A DNA stretch of 64,000 bases from Clostridium sp. (GCF_050717535.1 NZ_JBOITM010000084.1:1067-65066); one strand, 5' to 3'; positions 1-10,166 are shown, counted from the first letter of the stretch. Notes: generated from the sequence alone by a model not told the origin. Numbers and translations are program-made.

Positions 1-1
1 G

Positions 2-1516
2 GTAGGAGTTATGCATATGGGCATTGATAATGAGAATAATATTGCAGGTACTGGTGTACGTGATATTGCAAATGCTTGTCCAGAGTTAACAGCTATTATA
101 GCAGGACACATGCATAAGCTTGTTAAACAAGAAACCATAAATGGAGTATTAATTACTGAACCTAACAAATATGGATCTGCTTTATCAAAAATAGATTTAT
201 CATTTAGGAAAGTTAATGGGAAAATTGAATTAGATAAAAAGTCTAGTGATGCTATAGTGATTGACAGTAGTGTTCAATCGGATAAAGGGCTTGAAAAGTC
301 ACTGGAAACATTTCATAATATTGCTCGTGCGGATGCAAATACAGTTGTTGGGCAGTTAAAGGGAATAGATCTTGTTCCAACGAATGAAATAGAGGGAATA
401 CCTCAGGTGCAGATAGGGCAAACACCACTAGCAGATTTCTTTCAACAAGTTATGCTTTATTACAGTAAAGCTGATGTAGTAGGTATGCAAATTGATAATG
501 ACAAAGCAAAGCTTAATGTTGGACCAATAAAGAAAAAGGATATTTCATATAATTATCAGTATGCAGCTGGAGAAATAACGGTATTTGAATTAACAGGAAA
601 AGAGTTGAAGGAGTATATGGAGTGGTCTGCTGGTTATTTTAACTCAACGAGGCTTGGAGATGTTACTGTAAGTTTTAATAGTAAAAGGCGTGCATCAAAA
701 TATAGCACAAATGATATGTTTGGCGGAGTTAAATATGAAGTAGACCTTACAAATCAAGAAGGAAGCAGAATAGTAAATTTAAGACATATGAATGGAACTA
801 CAATAAAAAATGATGAAGTTCTGAAGCTTGGCATGAATGATTATAGAATGCAGGCATTAATAGGAAAAGGTGGAATATTTGAAGGAAAAATATTTAAGAA
901 ACTTTGGAGTTCAACAGATAAAACTGCTTTTGGTGAGGAACAAGGAACAATAAGAAATCTCGCAATTAAATATATAAAAGAAGTTAAAAAGGGTACTATA
1001 ACATCAAGTGTTCAAGATAACTGGAGAATACTGGGTGTCGATACAACTTCATCGGAAAGAAAAGCTATAGTTAAACTTGTAAATTCAGGAATACTTGAGG
1101 TAGCAAAAACTGCTGATGGAAAATATACAAATATAGCATCAATAAATATTAAGGATGCTGTAACGATGGATGAAATAAGTCAGCTATGCAAGAAGGCAAA
1201 TATAGAACCAGGGAAATTTACCGCTGGAACTAGTAAGGGTGAGTTCTACAATAAGCTAAATTCACTTGTTAATCCTGAGACGGTGATAGTTAAGCCAGAA
1301 AGACCAGCTCCAGTAAAGGAAAAAATAAATAAAACATACGGAGTAGTAACTTCATATGCTCTTAACGTTAGAAGTGGAGCTTCGGCAAAATCTAAGGTTA
1401 TTGGATACGTTGCTAAAGGGGATAAACTTGAAGTGCTAGGAATGACAAACAAGTGGATTAAAATCGCCTATAAAGGCAAAGTAGGATATGTTTATAGTTC
1501 ATATGTTAAGCTTTAA
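2..1516 (+). CDS. Bifunctional 2',3'-cyclic-nucleotide 2'-phosphodiesterase/5'-nucleotidase with C-terminal SH3b cell-wall domain (5' partial)
   Basis: Frame is open to the window edge (gta gga gtt atg). Metallophosphoesterase GHMH motif, 5'-nucleotidase C-domain-like middle, Pro/Lys linker, SH3b tail (LNVRSGAS...WIKI..KGKVGYV). Confidence 0.85.
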   Translation, partial: VGVMHMGIDNENNIAGTGVRDIANACPELTAIIAGHMHKLVKQETINGVLITEPNKYGSALSKIDLSFRKVNGKIELDKKSSDAIVIDSSVQSDKGLEKSLETFHNIARADANTVVGQLKGIDLVPTNEIEGIPQVQIGQTPLADFFQQVMLYYSKADVVGMQIDNDKAKLNVGPIKKKDISYNYQYAAGEITVFELTGKELKEYMEWSAGYFNSTRLGDVTVSFNSKRRASKYSTNDMFGGVKYEVDLTNQEGSRIVNLRHMNGTTIKNDEVLKLGMNDYRMQALIGKGGIFEGKIFKKLWSSTDKTAFGEEQGTIRNLAIKYIKEVKKGTITSSVQDNWRILGVDTTSSERKAIVKLVNSGILEVAKTADGKYTNIASINIKDAVTMDEISQLCKKANIEPGKFTAGTSKGEFYNKLNSLVNPETVIVKPERPAPVKEKINKTYGVVTSYALNVRSGASAKSKVIGYVAKGDKLEVLGMTNKWIKIAYKGKVGYVYSSYVKL

Positions 1517-1582
1517 TAGAAAATTAGTTTTTAGAAAGTAATAATTTCTAATTACGAATATAATATCTAAGGTCATTAAAAT

Positions 1583-1667
1583 AAAAAAGCACATATTACA
1601 TGAAATGCATTTAATAAGTCTTAGAATTAATTAAGACTAATGTATTTTCAGTAATATGTGTTTTTTT
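1583..1667. terminator. Long imperfect hairpin between convergent genes (bidirectional terminator)
   Basis: aaaaaagcacatattac pairs with gtaatatgtgttttttt; inner arms tgaaatgcatt/aatgtattttca and agtctta/taagact. Confidence 0.7.
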
Positions 1668-1688
1668 CTTAATGTACAAATTTTGATA

Positions 1689-2669
1689 TTATTTTGGTTT
1701 ACTCAAATTTTTCTTTATTCTTATATCCTCACAAAAGAATTTGCAAGCAGTAAAATTACCAAGTAATCTAGAGGTTATTCTTTCAGAATAGGTATTTGCT
1801 AAATTTCCAAGAGTTAAATTAGTAGATACTAGCATCTTCTTTTGTTTTAATAACTTTGTGTTAAGCAAATTAAACATTTCCATTTTAGTGAAATCTGAAA
1901 TTTGTTCAGTACCTAAATCATCTATAATAAGTAGATCACAATTTATTAGTAGTTCCTCTAAAGAATTATCACCATTAAAGCGAATTTCTTTTAAACCCTT
2001 TATAAGTTCCTCAGCAGTCCTATATACTACAAAAGAGCCTTTGTCCATTAATTCCTTTGTAATGCAGTGAGAAAGAAAAGTTTTACCCGTCCCAGGACCT
2101 CCGTAGAACAACAAGTTTTCATCAGAGTTGTTGAAATCTTTTAAAAATTTCATAGATGTAGATAAAATCTTTTCCATATTCTTTTTTGGAGATTCTGATG
2201 CATGTTCACTTTTTCTAGAAGGATAGTAGTCTAATTTAAAATTATCGAAATTATGAGTTTTTAACATGCTTTTAAGTTCAGAGCCTGTGTAATAAACATC
2301 TATAACCTTTTGCTTAAAACAGGTACATTTAGTATTTCCAATAAAGCCTGTATCTTTACATTTGTTACATCTATAATGTAAATTCAAGTATTCCATATCA
2401 AAACCATTAGAAACTAATAGTTCAGATTTTTTAACTCTTAGATCTACTATTTTTTCTCGCAGATCATGTAAATATTGATCTCTATTAGTAATACTTTTTA
2501 AAGCGCTAATAGATAATTCGATACATAGCCGCCCTATTTTGTGATCAAGTTCAATAATTTCAGGATGAGTCTTTTCTATATGAATTTTTCTTTGCCTAAA
2601 GTATGATTCTTCTTCTTGTCTTATTTTATCATATAAATCTAATATTTTAGTTTGATATCCTTTAATCAT
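1689..2669 (-). CDS. dnaC: DnaC/DnaI-like helicase loader ATPase (IstB-like AAA+)
   Basis: Zn-binding C..C...G......C.C, Walker A GGPGTGKT, Walker B LLIIDDLGTE; overlaps the DnaD-domain gene. Confidence 0.85.
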   Translation of the reverse strand: MIKGYQTKILDLYDKIRQEEESYFRQRKIHIEKTHPEIIELDHKIGRLCIELSISALKSITNRDQYLHDLREKIVDLRVKKSELLVSNGFDMEYLNLHYRCNKCKDTGFIGNTKCTCFKQKVIDVYYTGSELKSMLKTHNFDNFKLDYYPSRKSEHASESPKKNMEKILSTSMKFLKDFNNSDENLLFYGGPGTGKTFLSHCITKELMDKGSFVVYRTAEELIKGLKEIRFNGDNSLEELLINCDLLIIDDLGTEQISDFTKMEMFNLLNTKLLKQKKMLVSTNLTLGNLANTYSERITSRLLGNFTACKFFCEDIRIKKNLSKPK

Positions 2670-3648
2670 TCTTATCCCATCCTAGCAATTTTTTTTCTAG
2701 CTCGTCAAAGTCATAGGCTCTTTGTTCATAATCATTGAAACTTCCTTTGGCAGGTTTTGCACCAGCAGTAACTCCTTTAGTAGAAAGTAGTCTTTTTTTA
2801 TCTTTTTTCTCAATATCTTCTAAAGAGTTTATACCATCTTTAAACCAACTATTTAAAATGCCATCAATATATTTAAAATCAGCTCTGTTAAGTCTTGCAA
2901 AACAGATATCACAAGCTTTAAATATAATTTCTAAAGAAAATTTATAGACATTTATCCATTTGTCTAATATTTGCTCTTGAGGCTTCATTATTTCGGGGGC
3001 TTTTATTCCTAGGTAATTTAATATTTTCCTAATATTTATCCACTTATCCTCATGTTTTTTTATATAGGATTGGGCATCTTCAATATTTCTAATATTAGCA
3101 TCATGCCATGCAATTGCTATGGTCTCAATGTATCTATAGTCAACTTTACCTTTTGATACACAATATTGAATTAAGAGAAGTATTAGCTCAGGAGGAAAAC
3201 TATAATCCTTTTGCCAGCTTAAATACATTGTCATTTCTTTTGGTGAAAGGGGTTTAGCTAATAGTTTTTCAATATCTTGAAGCATACCTTTTATTGAAGA
3301 ATTGGTTAATTCTTCAATAAGATTTATATTTTGAATATTTTCATCGGGGATATCTAATAAATCCAAGAATTCAATATTAAAGTTGCCCATATTATCAATA
3401 GGAGTCATTTTAATTAGGTTCTCATCATTCCAATAGTTCCAAGCATTAACAACATCTGTTTCTAGAAGTCCAAGAGTATTGGCTATAACTGAAGAGGTGG
3501 CACCTATTTCTCCACATGTACAATACTTTAAACCAAGAAGGTAAACTTTAACGAATTCTCCCCTAGCTCTTGGCATAAATTTATCTATAAAAATATTACT
3601 CACGGGAGTATATCTATAATTTTCATTTTTAAACATGAAAGTACTCAT
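2662..3648 (-). CDS. dnaD: DnaD-domain primosome protein (two DnaD-like C-terminal domains)
   Basis: Two YIETIAIAW/YIDGILNSW motifs typical of DnaD/DnaB_2 domains; coupled to the loader ATPase. Confidence 0.85.
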   Translation of the reverse strand: MSTFMFKNENYRYTPVSNIFIDKFMPRARGEFVKVYLLGLKYCTCGEIGATSSVIANTLGLLETDVVNAWNYWNDENLIKMTPIDNMGNFNIEFLDLLDIPDENIQNINLIEELTNSSIKGMLQDIEKLLAKPLSPKEMTMYLSWQKDYSFPPELILLLIQYCVSKGKVDYRYIETIAIAWHDANIRNIEDAQSYIKKHEDKWINIRKILNYLGIKAPEIMKPQEQILDKWINVYKFSLEIIFKACDICFARLNRADFKYIDGILNSWFKDGINSLEDIEKKDKKRLLSTKGVTAGAKPAKGSFNDYEQRAYDFDELEKKLLGWDKND

Positions 3649-3891
3649 AAAGTCACTACCTTTCTTTTTATATTATAGAAATATGATTTTAAACTGTAAA
3701 ATCGTAGGTTATCTATATCTGGCTTATTCATATAATTTACTTAATATAGTATACACAGTATATTAGTATATAGAAATTTCATTGTTCAACCTATAGTATA
3801 CCATATAGTTAAACATAGAATTAAAAAAATATATTTCATTAATGTTTAAAATTAGATAAAAAGGGTATATTAAGTAAGTACCATAGGAGGT

Positions 3892-5097
3892 ATGATAGTG
3901 AACATTTTAAAAAGAAACAAAAGCAAGGTAGCAGTGATATTGATAACATTAATACTTACAGCTACCATTATGTATTTCAATATTTATAGATTTAGTGGTT
4001 ATAGTATTTCCATAGGAAATAATACTATAACATATGTAAAAAGTAAGAGTGAATTTAATAAAGCATATATGGAGTTAATTAAAGAAGTTAAATCGAGATA
4101 TAGCAAGGTAATTACAAAAGAGGATTTCGCATTAAATAAAGTGAAAGTAGATGACATTGCTATGTTTATTAGTGGTGAGGATCTTAAAAAAACAATGTTT
4201 AAAAAATTCAACATAGTAGTAAATGCATTTGTAATAAAATCAGATAATAAAAAATTGGCATATGTGATGAATGATAAACAAGGTACAGAAATTTTGAATT
4301 CTCTAAAAGATTATTATTCTAAGGGATCAAAATTAAATGGTATTACTAAAGTGGAGATTTTAAATAAAATAAGTTATGAGGCTGTGGTGGTTAAAACCGG
4401 GAATCTATATGAAAATTCTGAAATTGTAAAAGCATTAATAGAGTATAACAATAGAGTACAAAAACCACTTATAACTATTAAGGTAATAGGTAACGTAAGT
4501 AAAGAACAAACCATATATGCTACTACGGTTATAAAATCTTCGAGTACTCTAATGAATGGTGTTAACAAAACCATTTGTGAGGGAAAAGACGGAATAAAAA
4601 AAGTTACTACGGAGGTAATAGTTGTAAATAAGACTATCTTATCTGAGAGGGTTTTACAGACGAAAATTATAACTCCGGCGCAAAGCAAAGAGATATTCGT
4701 GGGAAATTATAAACCAAAAGTAGATCAACTGACATATAAGAATAGCCCATCAAGAGGGAGGATAAGTTCAAACTTTGGTATGAGATGGGGAAAAATGCAT
4801 AAGGGAATAGATATAGCAGCTAGCTATGGGGCTACAATAAGTGCCGTATTAGATGGAACAGTTAGTTATGCAGCTTGGGAGGACGGATATGGTAATGTAA
4901 TAAAAATCAATGATGGTGATGGAATAGAAACTATCTATGCACATTGTAGTGTTATTACTGTGAAAAAGGGTGAAGTTGTAAAAACCAGCGAAAAAATAGG
5001 AGAAGTAGGAAGTACCGGTAACAGTACAGGACCTCATGTTCATTTTGAAGTAAGAAAAAATGGGGAGGCTATAAATCCTGAAAAATACATAAAGTAA
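3892..5097 (+). CDS. Membrane-anchored M23 family peptidoglycan peptidase with G5-like domain
   Basis: N-terminal TM; HKGIDIA (HxxxD) and GPHVHFEV (HxH) M23 motifs; G5-like EGKDG.KKVT segment; ggagg RBS. Confidence 0.9.
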   Translation: MIVNILKRNKSKVAVILITLILTATIMYFNIYRFSGYSISIGNNTITYVKSKSEFNKAYMELIKEVKSRYSKVITKEDFALNKVKVDDIAMFISGEDLKKTMFKKFNIVVNAFVIKSDNKKLAYVMNDKQGTEILNSLKDYYSKGSKLNGITKVEILNKISYEAVVVKTGNLYENSEIVKALIEYNNRVQKPLITIKVIGNVSKEQTIYATTVIKSSSTLMNGVNKTICEGKDGIKKVTTEVIVVNKTILSERVLQTKIITPAQSKEIFVGNYKPKVDQLTYKNSPSRGRISSNFGMRWGKMHKGIDIAASYGATISAVLDGTVSYAAWEDGYGNVIKINDGDGIETIYAHCSVITVKKGEVVKTSEKIGEVGSTGNSTGPHVHFEVRKNGEAINPEKYIK

Positions 5098-5280
5098 AAA
5101 TGTATGTATGAATAAAATAATGTTAACAGTAAAAAATATAATTTAAAGGATTTTAATAGAGAGCTTTATGCTCTTTTTATTTTTCATAAGAATTTATTAG
5201 GAAAAAAATATTTTAATATTTTGCGAGTATATATGCATTTATATATGGATAGTATAATATTTAAAAGGAGAGATAAGTGT

Positions 5281-5508
5281 ATGCGTTTTAAGGGAAGAAA
5301 ATTAGGTAACGAGGAGGACAATAACGAAGAAGGCGTTAAGGATATAGATGTATTAGATAGATATGTTAAAATTCAAGGAATGCACAGTAAGCTAGTAAAT
5401 ATACCTACAATAGTTACAGGGCTTAATGAAGATGGTACCATAAGAGAAGAAAAAATTGAGCCTTACGCATATGAGATAGTTGACCAAAACAAAGGATTTA
5501 TAGATTAA
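5281..5508 (+). CDS. Hypothetical acidic small protein (75 aa)
   Basis: aggaga RBS before ATG 5281; downstream hairpin acagagca/tgctctgt. The track start at 5221 (TTG) is probably too long. Confidence 0.6.
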   Translation: MRFKGRKLGNEEDNNEEGVKDIDVLDRYVKIQGMHSKLVNIPTIVTGLNEDGTIREEKIEPYAYEIVDQNKGFID

Positions 5509-5549
5509 TAGTAAAAAGAATTACAGAGCATATAGCTTAGTTGTAAATT

Positions 5550-5735
5550 TTAGCTAGGTGCTCTGTTTTGTTTTGGTGTAAATTTAATACAAGATAAACC
5601 AGAGGATTGCTTTACAAGGATTGAAGGTAAATTCATAGATTTGAAACCATAAAATTTACAGCCCTTAGGGAATGCAGCATCCCAAGTTATATAGTAATAC
5701 TGACATTTATAACAATTTATTTTTTCGTTAACCAT
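5550..5735 (-). CDS. Small Cys-rich protein (family often auto-annotated 'uracil-DNA glycosylase' in clostridia; function unproven)
   Basis: CxxC..Y.ITWD..FP.GC..YGFKS...PS..V..SSG..C pattern; aggag RBS. Confidence 0.7.
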   Translation of the reverse strand: MVNEKINCYKCQYYYITWDAAFPKGCKFYGFKSMNLPSILVKQSSGLSCIKFTPKQNRAPS

Positions 5736-5872
5736 AAAACACTCCTTTATTAAAAGTATATATATGAAAATAAAACACAGTAAATCAATTCAATAATAGC
5801 ATATTTTAGTAAATAAAAAAATAGATATATGTTATTTAAAACTTATATCTATTATGGAACAAGGAAATTAAG

Positions 5873-6517
5873 CTAACCACCAAGGGTCACATCTTGGTCG
5901 TTATACCAAATTAAAGCCGCTGATAAATGTTCGGGTTTAAAATCAGGCCAAAAATCATCTATAACATAAAAATCAGAATATATGGATTGTAGCGGTAAAA
6001 ATCCACTAAGACGCCTTCGTCCACCCCAACGAATAATTAAATCTACTCTAGAAATATCTTTAGTTTTTATGCAATCAACTATATTACTTCTTTTACTGCT
6101 TTTATTTTTGTTTAAATTACTTAGGTCCCATTCCCAACCATAGTTTACAAGAAAATTTAGTTTTATTCCACCCTTACCAAAGGTTTTTCGCGTGGTATAA
6201 GGAAGCAGTTCTTTTGGAAACATAGGTGAATCACTATTTCCAACAACTAATAAATCGGCATCTTGCGTACTTAAAAGTTTTACTGCATCAACGCAGGCTT
6301 TAACAAAAGCTTCTCTCTGAAGGGGAGGTCTTTTTGTATTATCAGTAGTAAAACCATAATAAGTTATTTCCTTTACTCCTAAACTTTTGCAAAGTTTATA
6401 TAGTGATAAACCGGGATCTAATCCAAAAGTATATCCTTTATCTTTTGATAGTCCATTGTCTACACACCATCTTCTATTTCCATCGGGAATTACTCCAATA
6501 TGATTTGGTATTCTCAT
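5873..6517 (-). CDS. cis-prenyltransferase / undecaprenyl diphosphate synthase family protein
   Basis: HIGVIPDGNRRW and RWGGRRRLSGFL motifs. Confidence 0.9.
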   Translation of the reverse strand: MRIPNHIGVIPDGNRRWCVDNGLSKDKGYTFGLDPGLSLYKLCKSLGVKEITYYGFTTDNTKRPPLQREAFVKACVDAVKLLSTQDADLLVVGNSDSPMFPKELLPYTTRKTFGKGGIKLNFLVNYGWEWDLSNLNKNKSSKRSNIVDCIKTKDISRVDLIIRWGGRRRLSGFLPLQSIYSDFYVIDDFWPDFKPEHLSAALIWYNDQDVTLGG

Positions 6518-6636
6518 CTCATCACCCTTTATTTATAATTTTTAATGTATATAAATCATAGTATCCCCATTATTACTATATTAATCCATGTTTTTTATTG
6601 AAAATCTATTATAGGTAAGTAATCAATGACTGTACT

Positions 6637-7518
6637 TTAAATATCGTTAAATTGCTTTCTGTAGCCGCACTTTCTGCATAATTCTTCAACAACTTCTCTT
6701 CTGGAAAAACCATTGTAAATGTTGTTAGCCCTTTGACTTTCAATTATTTCAGAAAAAGGAGTTTCATGAATATTGCCTAGGTTAATTACACCTTCTCCAT
6801 CAAGGCAGCAAGGTATTACGGTACCATCAACTAATATGGCTGCTTGGTTTCTAAGACCGTAACAAAAACCGGGGCTATTGTCTTCTTGTACGGATAAATC
6901 TGGCCACTGAAATTCATGGTCTTGATTTAAATATACTTTATTACAAATCTTAATACCGTGACCTGGGTGTATTTCTTCTTCTATTTTATAAGGCAAATTA
7001 AAAGCCTTTTCAATTACAGACAGTAAATAACGATTTTTATTAGCCTGAAGATTTGTGGCATTATCTACATCGAGGTTCCATAACCTTAGGGAAAACAAAG
7101 TATCAGTTACATTAATGGCTTCTTTCACAAAGGAAATAATATTATTAATATATTCATCCTTATTAGATCCGCCTTCATTGCCATCAAAGCTGTGCAAAGA
7201 AAAATTAATTTGTCTTAAAGCGGGCTTTAAGATTATTTTTTTCCAAACTTTGTTTATTAGTGTTCCATTGGTGGTTATATTGACCTTAAAACCTTTTTCA
7301 TAACTTAAATCTAAGAATTCATCTAATTTCGGATGTAAAAGTGGTTCGCCTTTAACATGAAAATATATATATTCTGTATGAGGTTTTATTTGATCTAGTA
7401 TTTTGCTAAAGGTATCTAGGGTCATAAACTCAGGGGCCCTTTGTGTTTGTGGACAAAAGCTGCAGGAAAGATTACATACATTAGTAATTTCTATATAAAA
7501 TTTTTTAAATCTTTTCAT
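6637..7518 (-). CDS. Radical SAM protein with SPASM/twitch domain
   Basis: CNLSCSFC (CxxxCxxC), GEPLL, TTNG, C-terminal C...VDG.V.PCC...LGNI...CRKC. Start placed at the ATG following ggag. Confidence 0.9.
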   Translation of the reverse strand: MKRFKKFYIEITNVCNLSCSFCPQTQRAPEFMTLDTFSKILDQIKPHTEYIYFHVKGEPLLHPKLDEFLDLSYEKGFKVNITTNGTLINKVWKKIILKPALRQINFSLHSFDGNEGGSNKDEYINNIISFVKEAINVTDTLFSLRLWNLDVDNATNLQANKNRYLLSVIEKAFNLPYKIEEEIHPGHGIKICNKVYLNQDHEFQWPDLSVQEDNSPGFCYGLRNQAAILVDGTVIPCCLDGEGVINLGNIHETPFSEIIESQRANNIYNGFSRREVVEELCRKCGYRKQFNDI

Positions 7519-7754
7519 TTGACATACTCCAATCATAAATAAACTTTAGATGATTCACATTAAATATATAAATAGTATCCTACTGATTTTAACATAAAAT
7601 CGTTATAGAATGTATTATATAGAAAATTCAACTATTATGCATTATAAGAAAATCAATATAACTTTTGATTTTAATAAGGCTCTAAATTTATATATGAATA
7701 ATAATTTAGTATAAAGATAAAAATATATTTGAAATTCAAAAGGAGGAAGGAAAT

Positions 7755-8069
7755 ATGGCTTTATTAGGAAATCCATTTATTGCAAATGTACCTAGAAAAA
7801 TGTCAAATGAGGAGTTAGCGCAAGCAATTCGTGTGGACATTTCTGGTGAACTTGAGGCTATAATAGGTTATGAAGCTCATGTAATGTCTACAGATGATGA
7901 AAGGGTTAAAAAGGTACTAAATCACATCGCAGATGAAGAAAGAAGACATGTTGGAGAATTGGAAGAAGTTTTATATATGTTATCTCCAAAGGACTCCCAG
8001 TTTATGGAGGAAGGTAAACAAAAAATTAAAGATCAAAAGGCTCAAAATTTTCAAAACCCAATGCAGTAG
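7755..8069 (+). CDS. Short ferritin-like di-iron protein (demethoxyubiquinone hydroxylase/rubrerythrin-like half domain)
   Basis: E.EA...Y and HI..EE..H ligand pattern; aggagg RBS; terminator follows. Confidence 0.8.
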   Translation: MALLGNPFIANVPRKMSNEELAQAIRVDISGELEAIIGYEAHVMSTDDERVKKVLNHIADEERRHVGELEEVLYMLSPKDSQFMEEGKQKIKDQKAQNFQNPMQ

Positions 8070-8079
8070 TTGGGTTTTA

Positions 8080-8097
8080 GCCATCCTTTTGGATGGC
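8080..8097. terminator. Intrinsic terminator hairpin
   Basis: gccatcc-tttt-ggatggc between convergent genes. Confidence 0.7.
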
Positions 8098-8101
8098 ATT
8101 T

Positions 8102-8734
8102 TCACTTAACTTTGTGCCCACTTGACCCCGCTTTATAACTCTTTAAAAATAGATTGAAAAACTCATTTATTACTTGCGAACTTTCAAGTTCTCCATTTAC
8201 TTTTAATACTTCAATTGCAACTTCTATTGTGCATAAATTACCATCTACTACACCTCTTCTTAAATTATAATTAGACTTAAAATTTGGCTCTAATGAAATG
8301 ATTGGTAGTTTTTCTAGGTAAGCACTTTTTCTAAATATTTTTCGTGCTTCTTTCCATGTACCATCTATAATAATAAATGCAGGGATTTTTCCTGTATTCT
8401 TATATTCAACTTTACGGCTGGCTGTTTCATGTGTTTCTATAGGAAAAAGCAAGAAGGGCTCATATATTTCATTATCTAAATTTGCAATTAACTTTTCTGG
8501 TGATTTTGTTCTTTCCCAAAGAAAAATCTCTGTGGAATTTGGATTGACTAGTTTTAATATCCTTGCAGTATTAGATGGTCTGTAAAATTCTTTTTCTGTA
8601 GATAAAATCCAAATTTTTGCATGGGTTTTTATTTTAGGAGCTTTATCACAAAGGCAATTTATAATTGGTAAGCCACATGTGTTACAACTATCGTATAGAC
8701 TTGTTATTTGTTTAACTTTGTAAACTGAATTCAT
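8102..8734 (-). CDS. DTW-domain tRNA-uridine aminocarboxypropyltransferase (TapT-like)
   Basis: N-terminal CxxC...CxC, SNTA, IIIDGTW, Y.LR, LCTIE motifs. Confidence 0.9.
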   Translation of the reverse strand: MNSVYKVKQITSLYDSCNTCGLPIINCLCDKAPKIKTHAKIWILSTEKEFYRPSNTARILKLVNPNSTEIFLWERTKSPEKLIANLDNEIYEPFLLFPIETHETASRKVEYKNTGKIPAFIIIDGTWKEARKIFRKSAYLEKLPIISLEPNFKSNYNLRRGVVDGNLCTIEVAIEVLKVNGELESSQVINEFFNLFLKSYKAGSSGHKVK

Positions 8735-8790
8735 ATTTCCTCCTAAAACTTTTAGTTTTTTTGTACACGTAAATCTTCGACTTTAATAGC

Positions 8791-9216
8791 TTACATTTGA
8801 GATCCGTACCCTATTCTATTTACAAGCCCTTGTATTGATAATAAATTTTCTTTTTGTTTTTTAATTCCCATACAAACTTTGTTGGCCTTTAATTTTAACT
8901 TTGTACCATCTTCCAAAGTGAAATACAATTTCTTACCTATTCCAAACATCCAATTAGATACTTTTGTTGATTTAACATTTGACCTTGGTACAATGCTAAA
9001 TCCATTTGGTTTGCCTGACATACTCAAACCTATTAGTACTAACTCATCTTCATTAAGACCTACAATATAAGATTTATTTGCCAATCCAGCCAAGCTACCA
9101 AGAAGCATTGTCTTGCTAAAGTTAGCAGTTATAACACAATAGAAATAATAGTAGGGTTTTAGCTTGTACCCTGTGTATTCAGATAACATTGCTTCAATTT
9201 TTTCATCATTTAACAT
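8791..9216 (-). CDS. Hypothetical protein, possible bacterial PH-like fold
   Basis: Clean ORF with ggggag RBS; beta-rich YIVGLNEDELVLI...IVP..VKS.KV pattern. Fold is inferred. Confidence 0.6.
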   Translation of the reverse strand: MLNDEKIEAMLSEYTGYKLKPYYYFYCVITANFSKTMLLGSLAGLANKSYIVGLNEDELVLIGLSMSGKPNGFSIVPRSNVKSTKVSNWMFGIGKKLYFTLEDGTKLKLKANKVCMGIKKQKENLLSIQGLVNRIGYGSQM

Positions 9217-9266
9217 ATATAACTCCCCTTTGTGTTTTTTTAGTATTTAAATTTATTAAAAGGATT

Positions 9267-10088
9267 TTAGTTAAATCTATTAATTTGTAACCACTGTTTT
9301 GCAAAATCAACCCCTATTTTCAGAGGAAACAACTTACATTGGGCATTGCCAACATTACCAAGTGTTACGTTATTTGTTGCTTCGAATGCCTTGCCTATTT
9401 TCTCAAAATCATTATCTGAATTATAATCGAAATCTTCAAACCACTTCCAAATTCTTTTATTGTTTTCAATAATTGCCGCTCCCATTTTTGTTGTTGGCAT
9501 TTTTTCATTTAGCGCTTCTGCAAGGTGAAAGCATGTGCAAGAATCAAATCCTACTCCCAGTAGAAGTACTTTTGCATTTAAATTATACATTTTACCTAAG
9601 GGAGATTCCATTCCAAATTGAGGTGTTAATTTATGATTATTTGTAATGGCTAATGCAAATTTGCCTTGTGCTGCAAAGGAAACCTGTGGGTGATTGGATC
9701 TATATACCTCAGGCAAAGTTCTAAATAATTCAGCAATACTACCCATGCCCCTAGTTTGTGTGAGATTTACATCAAAGGCTGGCATACTATTATATATTGG
9801 TTGTATCCATTCCTTAGGAACAGGTGGATTTTCCCATTCTGCTGGGTCTGAGATTGCTCCGCTATGGGCGGGCATTATCAATGTTCCATTCTCATTAAGA
9901 ACTTTTCTAAGTGCAATTATAACTGATTGAGCAGCTCCACAAACCCAACCAATGCTGGATAGAGAAGAATGTACCAATAGAATATCGCAAGCTTCAACAC
10001 CGAGATTTAATAAATCATTATGTATAGTATCCACTGTATACATATTTTGAGTTAATTGAATTACACTTTGTTCACTCAATATTATCAT
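9267..10088 (-). CDS. Aminoglycoside N3-acetyltransferase family (AAC(3)/YokD-like) protein
   Basis: LLVHSSLSSIGWV.G, GT..MPA, MG.IAE.FR, RS.HP..SF, VLLLGVG...CT..HLAE motifs. Confidence 0.9.
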   Translation of the reverse strand: MIILSEQSVIQLTQNMYTVDTIHNDLLNLGVEACDILLVHSSLSSIGWVCGAAQSVIIALRKVLNENGTLIMPAHSGAISDPAEWENPPVPKEWIQPIYNSMPAFDVNLTQTRGMGSIAELFRTLPEVYRSNHPQVSFAAQGKFALAITNNHKLTPQFGMESPLGKMYNLNAKVLLLGVGFDSCTCFHLAEALNEKMPTTKMGAAIIENNKRIWKWFEDFDYNSDNDFEKIGKAFEATNNVTLGNVGNAQCKLFPLKIGVDFAKQWLQINRFN

Positions 10089-10166
10089 CCCCTTATTTTA
10101 TTCTATATGTAGCTTGTCAATTTGTCTACGGATTGGCTAAATTGTCTAGCCATCTTTTAATACATC

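Noticed and set aside
1689-3648. dnaD/dnaC pair as a prophage replication module
   Set aside because: No integrase, repressor or structural phage genes nearby; the arrangement fits the chromosomal primosome genes of clostridia.
3745-3801. Direct repeat tatagtatac (3745 and 3792) in the dnaD/M23 divergent region
   Set aside because: 10 bp in very AT-rich DNA and contains a -10-like TATACT on the minus strand; can be chance or two promoters, with no regulator assignable.
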